64,000 bases of DNA, taken from assembly GCA_964016885.1 (NCBI GenBank), contig OZ024746.1:35030001-35094000 (forward strand). The letters are read 5' to 3'. Positions 1-13,004 of this stretch are shown piece by piece (the stretch's first letter is position 1; the number at the start of each line of letters is the position of its first letter). Origin of the DNA: Eledone cirrhosa (lineage: Eukaryota). The notes under the pieces were generated by a model. That model worked only from the letters and a program-made list of their open reading frames with translations, ran no database searches and had not been told where the DNA came from. Both the position numbers and the translations under genes were made by a program.

Positions 1-68
1 TTAATGGTGGTTATTTCCCGATTCCCTTCGAAGTACCACCTTTAATTACACACACACACACAGACACA

Positions 69-99
<31 letters not shown>

Positions 100-109
100 T
101 TATAAATAT

Positions 110-311
110 AACAAAGAAGGAGTCGTAAGATACCAGGTGGACAAAAGCGCACCAGAGTACTCGAAACTTAAGTTAGTAGAGTGAGTAATAAGAAAAGAGT
201 CAGGACCCCGACGGCTGAGCTGCGGCCGTTTCTATAGCTAGATCGGAACAGTTCGGATCTAGCAGTCGAAACGGCTGGAACTCAGCCGTCGGAGTCCTGA
301 CTCTTTTCTTA
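110..311 (-). mobile_element. Fold-back element (about 60-bp-arm palindrome at 187-311 plus unique tail) between (TA)n tracts; Penelope pLTR-end-like, family P
   Basis: TAAGAAAAGAGTCAGGACCCCGACGGCTGAG...CTCAGCCGTCGGAGTCCTGACTCTTTTCTTA is a visible inverted repeat. Tail and core are homologous to 43998-44187 and 56981-57105. Arms contain GAAAC-GGC...GCC-GTC (HHR stem III and cleavage triplet). Confidence 0.7.
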
Positions 312-317
312 TATATA

Positions 318-368
<51 letters not shown>

Positions 369-722
369 ATATATATATATAACTCTGCCAATTCGCCGCC
401 TATTTCCACAATTACATACCACCATATAACACTACACACTTCTTATATTACTCAATTCCCACAGGAACATATCTCCACATTTCAATAGAAATTTATGTAT
501 TACAATCTCACAACCTAACAACACACACTTCCTGCAAATCCTTAAAACAACATGCCCCTATATTTAAATATAAATTTCGATAACAGATATTAACAATACC
601 GAACACAGAGACAAATGCATAAACATAAATTTCCCTTCGTGTGTTATTTCTCCTTGTTATAGTAACGAAAAACAATAAATAATATATAAATATTTCATTA
701 AGAAACGTTATTGATTCCAAAG

Positions 723-776
723 TCAGGCCTGATTGACACTTGATCTGAACAATCGCGAAACGCGCGTCACACCTGA
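723..776 (+). ncRNA. Degenerate minimal hammerhead-like motif
   Basis: TCAGG-C-CTGATTGA...C-GAAAC-GCGC-GTC-ACA-CCTGA followed by AATAAA. Palindromic stem III, but the core has an extra base and stems I and II are imperfect. Confidence 0.35.
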
Positions 777-1250
777 ATAAACTTAAGCCCGAATCTTTTT
801 TGACATCTTGAGTTTATATGTGCAAAAACGCATCTAACGTTTAGATGTCTTTTTTACACATGAGCAACCGAATCATAGAATATATATTTCCTATAGCATC
901 GCTAACTAGAATATATATATGAGCTTAAATTGTCTTTGCACATGTAATCTCCAATAGCTGACTAGAGGTCGGAAAAGTTGGGTCCCCTCATGTTGACTGT
1001 ACCCTGAGCTGATCGATATCGAAACTATTGTAATATGCCAATAAATTTTAAATTTTGTACTCATACTGCAGCACTGACTTCGATTCTTTTAAACCTATCT
1101 ACAATATGCGTACACTAGAGCCGCCTTGACTCTGAAACACAACCAGAACGTGACGGACCTCCTAACAGCATTGAGTGCTTCGACGGCGCACCATGTGTAG
1201 CTATAGATACACACCTAAACCCCCCATATATATATATATATATATATATA

Positions 1251-1535
1251 GGGTGACGCAAAACTGGGTTTGCTTACAAACAGCTAGCGAATTTGAAAAT
1301 TAGGTAATAACATGTGCTTACGCCGAATTTGTTTGTTATTTGGGGTTTTGAAAAAAAAAAACCTCTGCATGGTAGAAAGGATGCGCATTGACGTGTATAG
1401 GACACGAACCAACATCTTTGGTTTGCCTGTCAAATGTACGTTAATACTCATCCTTTTTTCCATTCAGAGGGTTTTTAAAAAATACCAACTAACAGACTAA
1501 TCCTATTTAGTCAATTACAGCGTAAGCACATATAA
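1251..1535. repeat. Imperfect fold-back (arms about 1312-1400 and 1435-1531) with left tail, flanked by (TA)n
   Basis: ATGTGCTTACGCCGAATT pairs with AATTACAGCGTAAGCACAT; AACCTCTGCATGGTAGAAAGGATG pairs with CATCCTTTTTTCCATTCAGAGGGTT. Confidence 0.6.
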
Positions 1536-1814
1536 CTACATTATATATATTTATATATATAATTGTGAGAGAGAGAGAGAGCGAGAGGGAAATGTTAATT
1601 CCTATATTGAACTTGCTTTAAAAATAGTACTTAACAAAATGCCGAATTGTAATTTATAAATCCGTTAATCTTCTCCACGATACTATTTCCATGTTATGTC
1701 TCTGACGTATTGGTTTTGAATTTAATCCAAATCTATTAGATTAAAAACACACACACAGCTCAAGCCTGTGTGTGTACATGAATAAATAAATATGCGTGTG
1801 TGAAGAAATATACT

Positions 1815-2250
1815 TATATATATATATGTAAGTATGTATGTATGTATGTATACGCACATACATATATGTATACAGACGTACAGTAGTATGTATATATATA
1901 TACATACATGCATACATATATATATGCACGTATCGGTTTACCGAACATTTATTATACTGCTCGGTTTGTTTGTTTGTAAACAAACAAACAGCCCGAATTA
2001 CGCCGAATTATACCTAAACACTGTACGGCGTAATTCGGGCTGTTTGTTTGTTTACAAACAAACAAACCGAGCATTATAATAAATGTTCGGTAAACCGATA
2101 CGTGCATATATATATGTGTGCATGTATGTATATATATACATACTACTGTACGTCTGTATACATGTATGTACGTATACATACATACATACTTACATTTAAG
2201 TAAGTGCCGTACTAAGAGTGAGAAATGAAATCTCGTTTGATTCTATTCCC
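1815..2250. mobile_element. Fold-back copy of repeat module A (truncated before its hammerhead)
   Basis: Arms about 1825-2005 and 2025-2190 are reverse complements. Sequence matches 27576-27740, 61000-61323 and 63138-63990 (CAGACGTACAGTAGTATG...TTTACCGAACATTTATTATA...CCCGAATTACGCCGTACAGTG). Confidence 0.85.
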
Positions 2251-2285
<35 letters not shown>

Positions 2286-2297
2286 ATATACACACAC

Positions 2298-2362
<65 letters not shown>

Positions 2363-4099
2363 TATATATATATATATATGCGTATGTATATATATATGTA
2401 TATATACATGTTTGTGAGTCTGTGTGTATATATATATATATTATATATACCTCTGTTTGCATGCATGAGTGTATGTATTTAAATATGAAATTATCTATGT
2501 AAATATGTATGTATGTATTTTAATTTAGAGTTCAATAACCTTTACCATGTCAATCATTTTCTTACACGGCGTGAGATTTAATTATCAATGGTTGTTCACG
2601 GCATGGAATTATTGTGTCTGCTGAAAATGTAAATGAAATCTTGGGTGCTGCAAATAGATTTCCTCAAGATTTAACCTAATTTTTCTAAATAGGATGAAAA
2701 ATCTAGGTGTTCATATGTTTAGAGATTTGTGTATATGTCCTTTTTCCTGTGTATATTTGTGTGTATTTGTGTCATTCTTTATGTGTGCCAGAGTTTATGG
2801 TTGTGTATATTTTTGTGATTATGTTTGTATATGTGTGCAATCATTTCAGGTGATAGGCTATATCGAATTAAGAAAGGTGATGGGCTATTTAAGTGAACAT
2901 AAAGGTTACAATTTCTAAATTGTTCATTTTGTGTTTTGCTATTGTTTTATTTTATATTTGTTATATTTGTGAGTGTTTTGTGCTTTATTTTATTTCCTGT
3001 TTCAGCATTGCTTGTCATATCAATTGAGAAATATTATGATTCTGAATTATAGTAATTTCTGAAGTACTAGGAAGAACAATTAATTAATACGCCTGTTATT
3101 TTGTTAGTTATGATGTTAGTTATGTCCAATAAGAATGTAAGTAATTACTTAGCTGTTAAGTTACTTCAATTAATTAATTTCTGAAGAGTTTATATTTTTA
3201 AGTCAACAGTTTTATTTGATATGTTTCGATTTCTTATATTTTCCGATTATATCCCGACAAGGGAATCGTTGTTTTTCATCCTTTAAATGTCGATAGTTTA
3301 CCATTCTAAGGCCATAAACCGAGGGGATTCACAGCGATTTTGAACGGATGAATGGCACTCTTAGTCATGTCATTTTGCTCTCGTGTCCTCAGTTAGTAAC
3401 ACGAGTGTGTTATTGTTTTGACCAAAACACTGGAACACACAACATTGGAACAGACAAAGGTCCAGCGTGTACACTCATTCAGTAACTGTAATCCATCGCT
3501 TGGCTTGACGGACTCCGCTGTTTCAATATTCTAATCAGCCATAAGACTAGTTTATTAACTCCTTCTCCACCCCAGGTTCAGAGATCTTGAGAAGGGACAT
3601 GAGCTCTTCTTTTAACCAAACATATATTTATGTTTATTTCTGTAGAAAATATACTCTGCTGCCACAACATGTTAACACGAGATGAAGTTCAAGATGTGGA
3701 ATTAATAAGAAAAAATATCAGAGATCTTTCCCCTATACTACCTTTCTTCTTTCACAACATATATTTAACGTTAGCTTCATCTTATGTAATCTTACAGTCG
3801 AACAGGCTTATGAACAAAACTCTTTCAGACGTAGGCAGCTTGTTTTGTCTTCACGTAAAAAGAGATACGCATTTTACGAAACAATTGTAATATGCAAATA
3901 ATGATTGGACATATGCTGCCGCATAGACATTGACTCGACAAACTCTACAGCCGTAGCACTGGAATACAAACCAAACAAAACGGACTTCATTCAGTGCTTT
4001 GAACGGTGCGCCGCATATAAAGGTTTTACACATCTAACAAATACACGCAAATGCCCGCACACACAGACACACACACATGCACACTCACCCCCCCCCCCC

Positions 4100-4174
<75 letters not shown>

Positions 4175-5069
4175 CTTCTGTCCAAGCCTCTGACTTTGAC
4201 TGGCGTAAATACTGTTATTACTAATGTTTGTTTTGTGCAACCTATCTTTCAACTGAAATTAAATTAAATAAATCTATCACTTATATTCATCATACATTAT
4301 ATGATTCCATAGAATCTCAATGAATTCTAATACATAATAACGTTTAACTGAATAAAATATTTTCCCCTCGATATTAATTTGTAATCAGATTTTGATTAAT
4401 TTAAACCCAGAAGTAGTTTCAAATGCTTGTGCAAATGATTCAGACTGACAATTCATTGGAAGAACCGTTCTGTGGAAGAATACGACAAAAGCCTAGAAGC
4501 TTTAATTTGTTAAAAGATCATTTCGGCAATTTTAAAGTGACAATAGAATACTTTCTAACTCTACAATTTTTTAACTGACTGTATTCATCATCTTTTCTGA
4601 TAATATAAATTTATTTATATTATTGTTTCCATAGCAATAAATCTATTATAAATTGATTTTTTCTTTTAATTTATTAACAACGATTACTATTTATCATCTT
4701 GGTTATTAATGTTTATATTGTTGGCCCACCTTTTTAATCAGTAAAATTCTTTCACTCACATTTTTCTTATTGAACTTCATTTTCCTATTGCTCAATTAGG
4801 TAGCGTTCTTGCAGCCAACAAACAAATTTGATTCTTAACTTCACTAAAGAGAGGAATTAGTAAAATTGAGCACATCTCGATAATTTGATCACAACATTTT
4901 TTCTTTCTAACAGCAACGTTCGGAATTCTGTATTTTTCTAGTTTGTCAAAAATAAGCATTATTTAGTAAATATTTCAGTCAATCAAATCTACTTTGCTCT
5001 CAAACAAAGTATGATGTTTCTTGTTTGAAGGCATTTTCATTATATTATTATTATTGTTATTATGTTTGA

Positions 5070-5290
5070 GGTCAGTGGACTGGCAGTATCGGTAGAGAGT
5101 CGGACGCCATGCTTTGCAGCATAGAAGTACGGTCTTTTACGGCTTGAGTTTAAATCCCGCCAACGTTAATTTTGCCTTTTATTCTTAAGGGGTCGACAAA
5201 ATAAAGCACCAGTAATGCACTGTGGTCGATTTAACCGACTTGCCCCAACCCCCCAAAATGCTAGCCTTGTGCCTACAGTAGACATTATTA
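5070..5290 (+). mobile_element. tRNA-derived SINE (dominant family)
   Basis: A-box-like TGGCAGTATCGGTAG, B-box-like GAGTTTAAATCCC, central TTTGCCTTT..GGGGTCGACAAAATAAAG..CCAG block (Nin/Deu-domain-like), (ATT)n tail; about 25 copies in the window. Confidence 0.85.
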
Positions 5291-5909
5291 TCATTATAAT
5301 TATCATCATCATAATTATTATTATTTTCGTTGTTTAGGGTGGCAAGACGTTTATCGATAAGTTTTGTTAATTTTCAAGTCGTTACATTGTATTCATTATT
5401 ATATTTTCGTCACAAACTGTTGATAGGGCGCCAGGCAAAGCCTTGTGTTAGGGCGATCCCATAATATTTGCGTTTTGGGCCCAAATATTTCAATTACATT
5501 TTTATTTTTTAGTAAAATTCTTCTTCCAAAAATGTGGAATAGAATAAGTCCTCTCGCGTCACTGCTTCCTAAACGTCGAGGGAGGAACACAGGAGAGATC
5601 GTTTTTAATGCTCATGAAGTAACAGAGCAATCCAGGGATTTGAGTATGGATTCTCCCTAGGATTGCTCTAAAGTGCAGTCCCCTACTATTGGAGAACTTG
5701 TCCTTGTTGGTATCCATTATTGATTTTCTTTATCCTTTTTTTTATTTTATGTATAATTTTACAATTTCTATTATTGCTGGTACTACTGTTTTCCCTTCAT
5801 TAATGTCCACCTACCTTTATGTAAACTCCTTCTTTGGGTCTTACTCTGTTGCATTTCTCCTTGTATTGTCTCCAATGGCCTGGGCCACTATGGTCAATAA
5901 AATAAATTA

Positions 5910-6110
5910 GGCGGTGTATTGCCTGTATCGGTATAGCGTCGGCCATCACGCATTGCGGCATTTAGTTGTGACCATTTATGATAAGACTTCAAATCGCGCC
6001 GAGAATAGTTTTGCTTTTCATCCTTACGAGGTTGATAAAATAAATGACAAGTTTGGGGCCAGCCTAATCGACTTTTGCTGGTCTTGTGCCAATGCTAGAA
6101 AGATCTGTTA
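5910..6110 (+). mobile_element. tRNA-derived SINE, diverged copy
   Basis: Same head and central block (TTTGCTTTTCATCCTTACGAGGTTGATAAAATAA). Confidence 0.7.
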
Positions 6111-6131
6111 TTGTTTTTGTTATTACATTTC

Positions 6132-6184
<53 letters not shown>

Positions 6185-6243
6185 TTTAGAAGAAGAAGAA
6201 GAAGAAGAAGAAGAAGAAGAAGAAGAAGAAGAAGAAGAAGAAG
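6132..6243. repeat. Compound microsatellite (TAG)n-(AAG)n
   Basis: Directly visible. Confidence 0.95.
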
Positions 6244-7299
6244 ATATGTAAAGAGAATAATATGGATATCCTAATCTCGAATCCTCTGCCTGGATACTTT
6301 TTTTAATTGCATATTGCAAAACCACAATCAGCGTATTGCGTTCTTGCTCAAACAGCCAACACACTTAACTTCTAATATGTCAATCAAGCAAAATAGATTA
6401 GTGTTAGGTATTTAACGCAATGTCAACAAGAAAACAATCAGCAGAAACACACAAGCTTCTCATGTAAGAAATTACATGCTCATTTTAATGACTGGGGACT
6501 TAAATGTATTTAGAATCTAAACAAGACAAATATGGAGAAAAACGACAAAGACAACAAAACGAGCCACAGTAGCAGCAGCAGTTGCACAATTACGTAGAAA
6601 GAAACAAAATGAGAAAAACAAGAAAAATAACATCTATAACAAAACAAGGAAGGGGATTACAATAATTCGGATTTCAAAAATTTCAATGGATGTGATACTG
6701 ACGTAAAGAAATAGGAAGGGAGCTTGAGATTGATTAATTATTAAGAAAAGAAAACAAGATCCAAAAATATAATCATCGAATAAAAAAACCGGAACAACAA
6801 TAAAAGTACCACAACAGGAATTTCAAAGATACGTCAAATAGAATGAGGTTTAATCAACAAAATGTTAATCAAGAAATAAGAGGGACAAAACGTCTAACAT
6901 TTTGTTTCCCTTACGAAACAAAGGCAGAGAGTTAAGTGGCAGTTGGCAGTATTGTGCTCCCTAATAAACTAATGTTTACTATATATTTAGCACTATAATG
7001 CTTTAACAAATAGAAAATCAGATAAAGAAATTAAATGAATGAATAAATACATATAAATGACTAAATATGTAGGAACGAACTTATTTACCTAAAAGTGTTG
7101 TGCAATTGCTACTCGACGAATCAGTTAAGACAAAAATTGGCAGGCTCGATGGAGGGGTGAGGAAATGCCTCTGATTGGAAATCCTTTAGGGTGAGTCTGT
7201 ACCATTATTCCCGATTCAATACAATTATATATTTGCCAATAAGACGCCAGAGCCCTGTAAAATTTATGTCCCTTTTTTATTTTCTCTTTCGATAAAATA

Positions 7300-8492
7300 A
7301 AGAACAGGTAATACACTCGTGTCGGTTTATATGATTTTCTCCTTCCCCAAAATTCTTGGCTTTGTGCTTAAATCAGAACCCATTATTATTACGGGGTCGA
7401 TAAAATAAAGTACCAGTAATGCACTGATAATTGCTGGCCTTGTGCCTAAAGTAGAAACAATTATTATTATTACTGTGCATGCAATGCACAGCATATATTA
7501 TGATTAATAGACCTTCTGTTTGACGACTCTCAATGCGGACTTTAGACAGGGAGCAATATCCTGGGTATATATGTAGTACACAACCGGACAATCTTTTGTG
7601 GGCGAGCAAATTGTGATTCGATATTTGCTTCAGACACCTCTCAGTTTTAGCTGTATCGATCCCAAAATTATTATTATTATTATTGAGTGGCAGTATCGAT
7701 AGAAGGTCGGACAACATGCTTCGCAGCATAAAGTTCTCTTTGTATTGCCTCTCTCCCTCCCTTACAATATCTCCTTATCTCTTTCACTACCTGACATTCT
7801 CAATCTCTCCTCGTCACTGTCATACTATCAATATTCTCGGACACACACTCACACATTTTACGTTCTGAGTTCAAATCACGCCGTGGGTAGCGTTGTCTTT
7901 CATCTTTACTGGGTCGATAAAATAAAGCACCATTAATACGCTGGAGTCGATTTAATCTACTTTCCTCTCCCCCAAAATTGCTGGCATTGTGGCCATTATA
8001 GAACTCGTTATTAGTATTATTATTATTCCAAGTTTGCCCAGTATTTAAACAGTTGTTATTTAATCTCCCAATAAAGTCAAATGCCTTCAGCTTGAAAGCA
8101 TTTTTCTTTAGAATTATCGCAGTTCCCAACAATAAAGAATTCTTTCGAGTAGATGTATTTGAGGAAACTGCTATCTCCTACAAATAATACTCGTTCCTAA
8201 TCTTCCTATCACTATTGATATCGTTTGGGCTATTTTCCCCAGATAATGTTGTTACTGTTACTAGCAGTGGAGGGGTGGAGGATTGACAGTATGGGTAGTG
8301 TATCGGACAAGCTTTGTGGCATATAATCACGGCCCTTTACGTTCTGAGTTCAAATCCTCTCGAACTAGCTTTGACTGCCATCCTTAGAAGATCTATAAAA
8401 TAAAGTACCAGTAGCACACTGTGGACGATTTATTTGACTCCCACCTCCCCTAAAATTGTTGATATCGTGCCTAAATCAGAAGCCATTATTAT
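7300..8492 (+). mobile_element. Cluster of dominant-family SINEs (partials at 7300-7471, interrupted copy at 7686-8020, copy at 8272-8492)
   Basis: Repeated GAGTTCAAATC B-box, GTCGATAAAATAAAG-ACCAG block and GCTGGCCTTGTGCC 3' end. Confidence 0.8.
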
Positions 8493-11030
8493 TGGCAGTG
8501 GAGGTGGCACTGGTGATGGTGACTGTAGGATTATAGTTGTAATAATGATGATGGTGATATTGGTGGTAGGAATGATGTGGGGAGGATATGGTAATTATGA
8601 TTATAGTGTTGGTAGTAGTGGCGTGTCAATAAAAGAGCCAGTATTTACCCATTCTCTTTTTCTAAATATATATTTTCTGATATATTCACTCTCGCCTTCT
8701 CCCTTCCTCCTGTCCCTTTCTTTTCTTTTTTTGTATCTCATCTTTCCCTCAATATCTCTCCATCTCTTTCACTACCTGTCATTCTCAATCTCTACTTGTC
8801 ACTCTCATTCTCTCTATCTTCTCGGACACACATTCTCTCATGTCTCCTTCTCTTCCTCTTTACCTTTATATTGAAGTACCTAATACGTTGAAAGTTTTCT
8901 CGCCAGCGCAGTGCTTTGTTCAGAAGGGATCAAGTTATTTATCAGTGTAAATACGTTTTTTTAATATTTATATTTTTAATTATTGTATTTTTTTATAGTC
9001 ACTTTGAAATTCTCAGTCACGATATGAATACCATACTAACGAATAGTTATAAAAAAAGGTCGGATAGCGAAATAAACTGTTTATATTGCAGACTTTCAAT
9101 GCTCCCCGTCCGACGGAGATATTTACCTCCCCCCACTTCTCTCCCCCCAATTCTCTTACGAAAATTGGTATAGCTTTCATTATGTAGAATCTCTTCCTTT
9201 AGCCTCATTTCTCCCCGTTTTGAGCACATTTTTTTATGGTTTGGGTTACTAGAGTTTGGCAGGTCTGATATCGTGAGGAAGATGAGAAACAAACAATTTG
9301 AACCGAGCATTTCATCAGAGACAAATATATATTTTACGGCTAAGTATCTTTAAGAAACGTTTTCTTTTTTTCTTTACAGCAAAATATGTTATTGTACGCT
9401 GCAACCATTTTCTACATACTATTTGCTGAAGTCCATTACCAATATCCACGGATTCTAAATTTCAAGATCGCATCGTAGTCGTATTCTCGATATTGATATA
9501 TTCTGCTGGTTACTCCTGCATGTATCTTTAAACCCTTTCATTTTCACTTAAGGTGGCTTGTAAATTCACCAAATTATATAACTGCATATTGGAATGATAA
9601 TTCATGTTGTTTATATTGATTGTTTTATACTTCATTCCCTTGTGTTAATATTTTATTTATCCGTCCTTTTTATCCAACTTGATATCAAAGGTATTTCCGG
9701 CTTTAAATGGATTCGTTTCTCTGCTCAAAACTTTTACACTTTTTTGTTTCGTTTTCTTTTTCTGTGTGTATCTGCCGTTTATTGCTCTGTTTTGTGTTCC
9801 ACTTTGTTTCTGTTTCTCTTTTCCTCTCTTTCCAACTGATCATCTTGGGACCCTCCAGCTCTGGTGAGGTGGTAGAGTCGATTTTAATCCTGTGAAATAT
9901 AAGACCCTTCGAATTTGATCACAACCAGAAAGATGTCACCGTATTACTTGAATACTAATTTATTTATCAATTATGAAAGGATTAAGGGTAAAGTCGATGA
10001 AAATTTGGATTAACTCTTCATACAATGGTTAATGTAGTTGAAACCCTAACAACCAAATGTATTTCATTATGAGAAAACATTGGACTGAGCTTTCGATTTC
10101 TTTCCATCATTAAACGTTCAAACACATGTCGTGTGAAGCTGTATAGTATTAAAGATTAGTATCTATTTGGTATTGAGTTCACTTTTAACATAAATTTGAT
10201 TCTCCCGTAGTACTATTTTCATATTGTGTTGGTTTTCATTTCCTATGTTATATCCTATCGGGTTTTTCTTATTTTGGGTAGTTGTAATGGTGGTTACTTG
10301 TTAATTCTTTGATTTCATTGTTCAAACTTGACTCTGGGAATATTAATTAAGTAGCCTCATTTTAATGTTGCATTCGCGCATTTTTCTAATCATGTATTTA
10401 TTTTCATCTCCCTGCTGAATTTCAGTACATTTATTTTATTGGGCTCACCTGTGGGATTCTGCCTCTATTATATAGTTTAGAATCATCTAAGTTGATGATT
10501 TATAGTTTGACAATTGATTTGATTCAACAAATTTTATACGTGCATCAGTGTTAGACAGAAATGTAGCGGCGATAATACCCTTGAAAATGTTCGCCTTTTA
10601 ATGGTTAGTAATGTTTTGTCATATTTCATTTATCATAAATTGTTATTTATGATTTTCATCATGGCATAGCGTGATTAGTATATTGCCTTCGATTTTGTGT
10701 CCTTTGTACATGGTCTCCAGTGAACAGAATTGTGTACGCTACTAAAAGTTTCAATGTTCTGTTAATCAATCCATGCGACAAATAGTTATTTCCTTCTCTA
10801 TTTTGATGCATTTCATAAGTGCTCGTTTTAATAAAATCGGTTCTTTGAAATTCCACCTATAATTACCAGCCCTTTGCTCTATATTTGGTAATATTATATT
10901 ATCATCCAGGTTAAGGAGTCTAAGATGGCTACGTTTATATACACTTGGTAAAATATAATTTTTCTTTATGTCGGGATTATTTTATATTTTTTATGTATTT
11001 GGAATTAATATTAGTATATTCTCTAATACA

Positions 11031-11250
11031 AGGGCAGTGCATTGGCAGTACCGTCAGGAAGTCAGACAACATGCTTTGTGGCATATAGTTACGTCCTCTA
11101 TGTTCTTAGTTCAATTCATGCCGTGGATTACTTTGCCTTTCGTCCTTGCGGGGTCGGAAACGTACCAGTAACCTACTGAGGTCGATTTAATAGGATTCCC
11201 CTCCGAAAAAGATTGTTGGCCTTGTGCCTATATAAGAGACCATTATTATT
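11031..11250 (+). mobile_element. tRNA-derived SINE
   Basis: TTGGCAGTACCG head, TTTGCCTTTCGTCC..GGGGTCG block, GGCCTTGTGCCTA end and (ATT)n tail. Confidence 0.75.
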
Positions 11251-11264
11251 TACCTAATAAATTA

Positions 11265-11560
11265 TTTCTTTATACGGGGTCTCCATCACAATTATCTCCA
11301 ACTGTGATTTCATTTTCTTCGCTATTTTATCAAGTGTTATTATTACAACTGGCACAATTTCAATAAGGTTCATACTCCACACTCTTGAAACTTATCATTT
11401 TACATCTTGGTATTCCCCAACCTTTACTTAGTTTTCGTTCGCATATTCTTTGTTAATTGGTAATGCTATGTTTCCTTTATTTATTACAACATTATCGAGA
11501 ATTCCAACTTCACACTAATTTGTTTTCCCCACTGTCTGTTTCTATCTTTAAAGTGTTATT
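11265..11560 (-). pseudogene. Highly decayed R4/Dong-type RLE C-terminal fragment
   Basis: Minus-strand frames read IALPINKEYANEN*VKVGEYQDVK**VSRVWSMN / KIVPVVI, matching the KYQDLK..EVKRIW...VVPIVIG motif of the better preserved copies at 32-36 kb. Confidence 0.5.
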
Positions 11561-12139
11561 TAGATATTAACATTCCATAACCCAATTCACCTCCTTACCC
11601 TGAGTTCCGTACTGAAGCTAGATGGTGTTAGGAAAAGAGACTTCATTTGGAATTTCCATTCTGTTTCTGAATTATTTGCGTCAATTTCTCTAGATATTTC
11701 TACTATAGGAAAGATGAACTTTTGGTGAATGCTACAAATCCCCAAAGATGTTATTCAATTAAATCCGGTCGATTGGAAAATTCCTTGGATCATCTCTATT
11801 GCTCCGATTTTAGATCTCGAGAGGTTAAAATTTAGACCCAACTGACTTTGTGCCTACATTACAAAGTCTTATAATAAAAAGATTATCATTCTCATGATTA
11901 ATAATATAGGATATATCTGTGATTCGGTGTGTCTCAAAATATAAATATACAAACATCGGCATCCTATTGTTCTAGCGGTGATAGAAGGAAGGTGATGGTC
12001 ATCTAAAAGACATAGCGTAATGAGGATGTTTGCTCGCAAAGGAATCGAATATTATTATTATTCAATTTAAAACTCATGAATGCATATATATATATATATA
12101 TATATCGAATGTAGAAATGTAACAAACGAGTTGATATAT

Positions 12140-12410
12140 ATATAAAAATAAATAGTAGAAAGGAAAAAGATTTTATTAGTAGAAAATGTTGAAGAGATTA
12201 TTGGTTATCATAACCAAGCTATGAACAGAGAAGGATGGACAGAGAAATGAACTATCTTCCCTGAATATTCTGCATATCCGCAATTGACAAGGCATATAAT
12301 GCTGAAACCGGTATTGTAAATAAATTAATGTTTTGATATTTCACTGAAAGAATCTCTTCAACATTTTCTACTGAAAAAAACTTTTTCCTTTTACTATTTG
12401 TTAATATATA
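12140..12410 (+). mobile_element. Fold-back element with an internal minimal hammerhead, in (TA)n
   Basis: Arms AATAGTAGAAAGGAAAAAG..AGTAGAAAATGTTGAAGAGATT and AATCTCTTCAACATTTTCTACT..CTTTTTCCTTTTACTATT; HHR motif in the loop. Confidence 0.75.
12280..12317 (+). ncRNA. Minimal type I hammerhead motif, U3-A8 variant
   Basis: GCAA-TTGACAA-GGCA-TATAA-TGCT-GAAAC-CG-GTA-TTGT: stem I GCAA/TTGT, stem II GGCA/TGCT, palindromic stem III ACCGGT, GUA cleavage triplet, AATAAA downstream. Confidence 0.6.
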
Positions 12411-12682
12411 TATATATGAACATTAAGGGCTAAAATCCAAATTTACAGAATCTCAGGAATAATATTTATATTTAGTAAAACAAAGCATAGAAAGCATGGA
12501 TACATTTAAAGCGATAGCAATTTTACGTAGTTAGTAAATCCAATATATAACTTATACCACCGTTTCAGATGACAACTAAAAAATACTATTTACCATAATC
12601 AAAGTTGTTAATCAATAAATTTAGACAATTCGTGTTCATTAGTAAGCATTGTCTTACAGATAAATAACCCCTCTCTCACTCA

Positions 12683-12730
<48 letters not shown>

Positions 12731-12750
12731 TTCTATCTATCTTTATCCCT

Positions 12751-12836
<86 letters not shown>

Positions 12837-12968
12837 GTGAGGGTTTTTTTTACAAAATGAAAAATAACCGAGGTGTCCTGCACGAGTGAAAGTATAAAGA
12901 AAAAAAGATGAAATCGAAAATGCAACTGGAGTCTTATTTTTAAAAATATATATATATTTATTTGGTTC

Positions 12969-13004
12969 CTTTACCGGTTTCGCAGTTCTTCTGCTTTTCA
13001 AAAG
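12969..13004 (-). ncRNA. Minimal type I hammerhead motif, U3-A8 variant (left arm)
   Basis: Minus strand: CTT-TTGAAAA-GCAG-AAGAA-CTGC-GAAAC-CG-GTA-AAG. Confidence 0.65.

Noticed and set aside
5620-5890. Possible very old RLE LINE remnant (also 26820-27270)
   Set aside because: Only vague VVP and ALVGT-like matches; needs a profile search.
6300-6950. A-rich stretch with LILMTGDLN resembling an APE endonuclease motif
   Set aside because: Single short motif with many stops; too decayed to call.
9262-9325. Minus-strand GTCT-CTGATGA...ATC-AGAC hammerhead-like frame
   Set aside because: No GAAA and no stem II.
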